A DNA stretch of 64,000 nt from Callorhinchus milii (lineage: Eukaryota). Positions 62,495 to 64,000 of this stretch are shown in pieces. The stretch's first letter is position 1; each line of letters begins with the position of its first letter. The translations under genes were made by a program, and so were the position numbers. The stretch is from positions 109,990,001 through 110,054,000 of the forward strand of contig NW_024704743.1 of the NCBI RefSeq assembly GCF_018977255.1, given 5' to 3'. The notes beneath the pieces are model-generated. The model saw only the letters and a program-made list of their open reading frames with translations, searched no databases and was not told the origin of the DNA.

Positions 62495-62725
62495 ACTAAA
62501 GTGAGATTAGAAAAATGTTCTTTACGCAGAGGTTGGTTGAGCACGGAGACAGAATCAATCATTTTATTTTTCAAATAGAACTATATAGATATTTTAGATC
62601 CCTGAAGAATAGGTATATTAAAGTGGGGGGGAAGCAAGTAGAAGTAGGGTTAGACCAGGTGGATCACTTGGTGGAAAAACACCAGCGCAGACATGAAGGG
62701 CCGAATGGCATGTTTCTGTGCTGTT
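62495..62725 (+). mobile_element. CR1 3' fragment
   Basis: ttctttacgcagagg (FFTQR)..gggccgaatggc..tctgtgctg. Confidence 0.75.
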
Positions 62726-62849
62726 GACATTGGCTGATTTTGCCCAAAAATATACAGTCAATTCATTTTACAGTAAACTCTGAAGCGCTTTGAGATGTCA
62801 CGAAGATGTGATAATGCGCTATATCAAATCCAAGGGTTATTATTACAAA

Positions 62850-63085
62850 GAACCATAGAGATTTACAGTACAGAATAAGACCATTTGGCCCATCTCGTCT
62901 ATGTTGCTTTGAAAAAGCAATTCAATTCAAGCCCATTTACCTGCCTTTTACCTCAGTGACCCTGCAAATTACTCCTTTTTCATCTAGTTCCCTCTTGAGA
63001 GCTGCTATGGATTCTGTCTCGACTGCCATGCGAGGCTGGGCATTCCACATCCATATCCCAACAACTCTGTGTTTATGTGGGAAAA
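62850..63085 (-). mobile_element. CR1 3' end
   Basis: VVGIWMWNAQPRMAVETESIAALKRELD; gaccatttggcccatc. Confidence 0.85.
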
Positions 63086-63731
63086 AAAGGCAAGGGTTTG
63101 GCCAGTATTCTCCCATCATATTTACAAAGCATTCAAAAGAAATTTAGGGATCTAACACTATGAGCTCAATCTTTCCACTTTAATTCTCTGGATCCTTTAT
63201 TCCTGTAAAGAGGGGGTGGGAATCTTAATGTATTCAGGTTTCATTAGCCTAAACTATTGCTTATCGTTCCTTTGAAAATGCAAATTAGAGTTGAGTTCCC
63301 TTTTAATATGGAAAAAATTATCTGAAGCTCTTCACACCTCAGAGTAAGTGGCCCCGTGACAACCCTTCTAAGCATCTGATTCATTATGTATTTTGAGTTC
63401 ATCCTTCAAATCCAATCCTCATCAATTTTGTAACATTTTTCACAGGCTCGCTCTCTTTAACCTCCTTTTTCACCTCTCATCCTCATCTCTGTTTGGCTTT
63501 TTTTTCTTTTTCCAGCTCAGTTCCTCTCTTTTATTAATGATTATTTTATGACCTGGTTTTGAAATGAAAAGTGTGATGTTGTCATGCGCCAATTAATACC
63601 TGTGTGCTAATTAACACATACATGGAATTTAGTGTCTTTATGTCAATTTACCCACAGACTGCTACCCAGAGGCATCCCTCAATGCCCTTCACAATGGTTG
63701 CATTTAGCAGTCAGCTGCACCATCACCACCA

Positions 63732-64000
63732 CCAGCTTGCATTTATACCCCTAATGCAGGGATGCGTCCCAGAGCACTTGACAGCGGCAGAGTATGACTC
63801 CAAGTCGGGAAAGGGGGAGGTGACCGTAGGCACGGTTGAATAGGAAGGTTTTCAGGCACCACCTGAAAATGGGGAAGGAAGTGGAAAGGCAGAGGGATAG
63901 AGGAAGGGTGTTCCAGAGTTTCAGGGCGTAGTGGCTGAAAGCGCGGCCACCAATGGTGAAACAGAGGGCATGGGGACATGCAGAAGACTGAAGCCAGTCG
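63732..64000 (-). mobile_element. L2 3' end, runs off the window
   Basis: cttgcatttata..ccgtaggcacggttgaa..ttccagagtttcagggcgtagtggctgaaagcgcggccacc. Confidence 0.88.

Noticed and set aside
1..64000. CRISPR array, operon or other prokaryotic system
   Set aside because: No regularly spaced repeats and no gene-dense ORFs; the content is vertebrate retroposon-rich DNA.

Overview
Eukaryotic, repeat-rich, apparently intronic or intergenic vertebrate DNA. The repeat repertoire suggests a cartilaginous fish, most likely a holocephalan such as Callorhinchus; this is inferred from remembered consensus sequences, not from a search. The repertoire is a tRNA-Ala-headed SINE, Deu-domain SINEs, L2-clade LINEs with (GTT)n tails and CR1-clade 3' fragments. 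I recognise no host protein-coding gene. The ORFs with a recognisable product are decayed L2/CR1 reverse transcriptase fragments; many others are chance frames across SINEs and simple repeats. Features worth follow-up: (1) a ~530 bp imperfect fold-back with a CTCF-like motif on each arm (47163-47692); (2) two unclassified interspersed families; (3) two local duplications that each preserve a filled and an empty retro-insertion site; (4) a covarying 3' stem-loop shared by the L2 LINEs and two SINE families; (5) many nested insertions giving a relative chronology; (6) a repeat-poor ~5 kb island (40.6-45.4 kb); (7) several unverified + strand exon candidates. I cannot support a claim of a new gene-based biological system here. 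Coordinates of degenerate repeats are approximate (about +/-20 bp).
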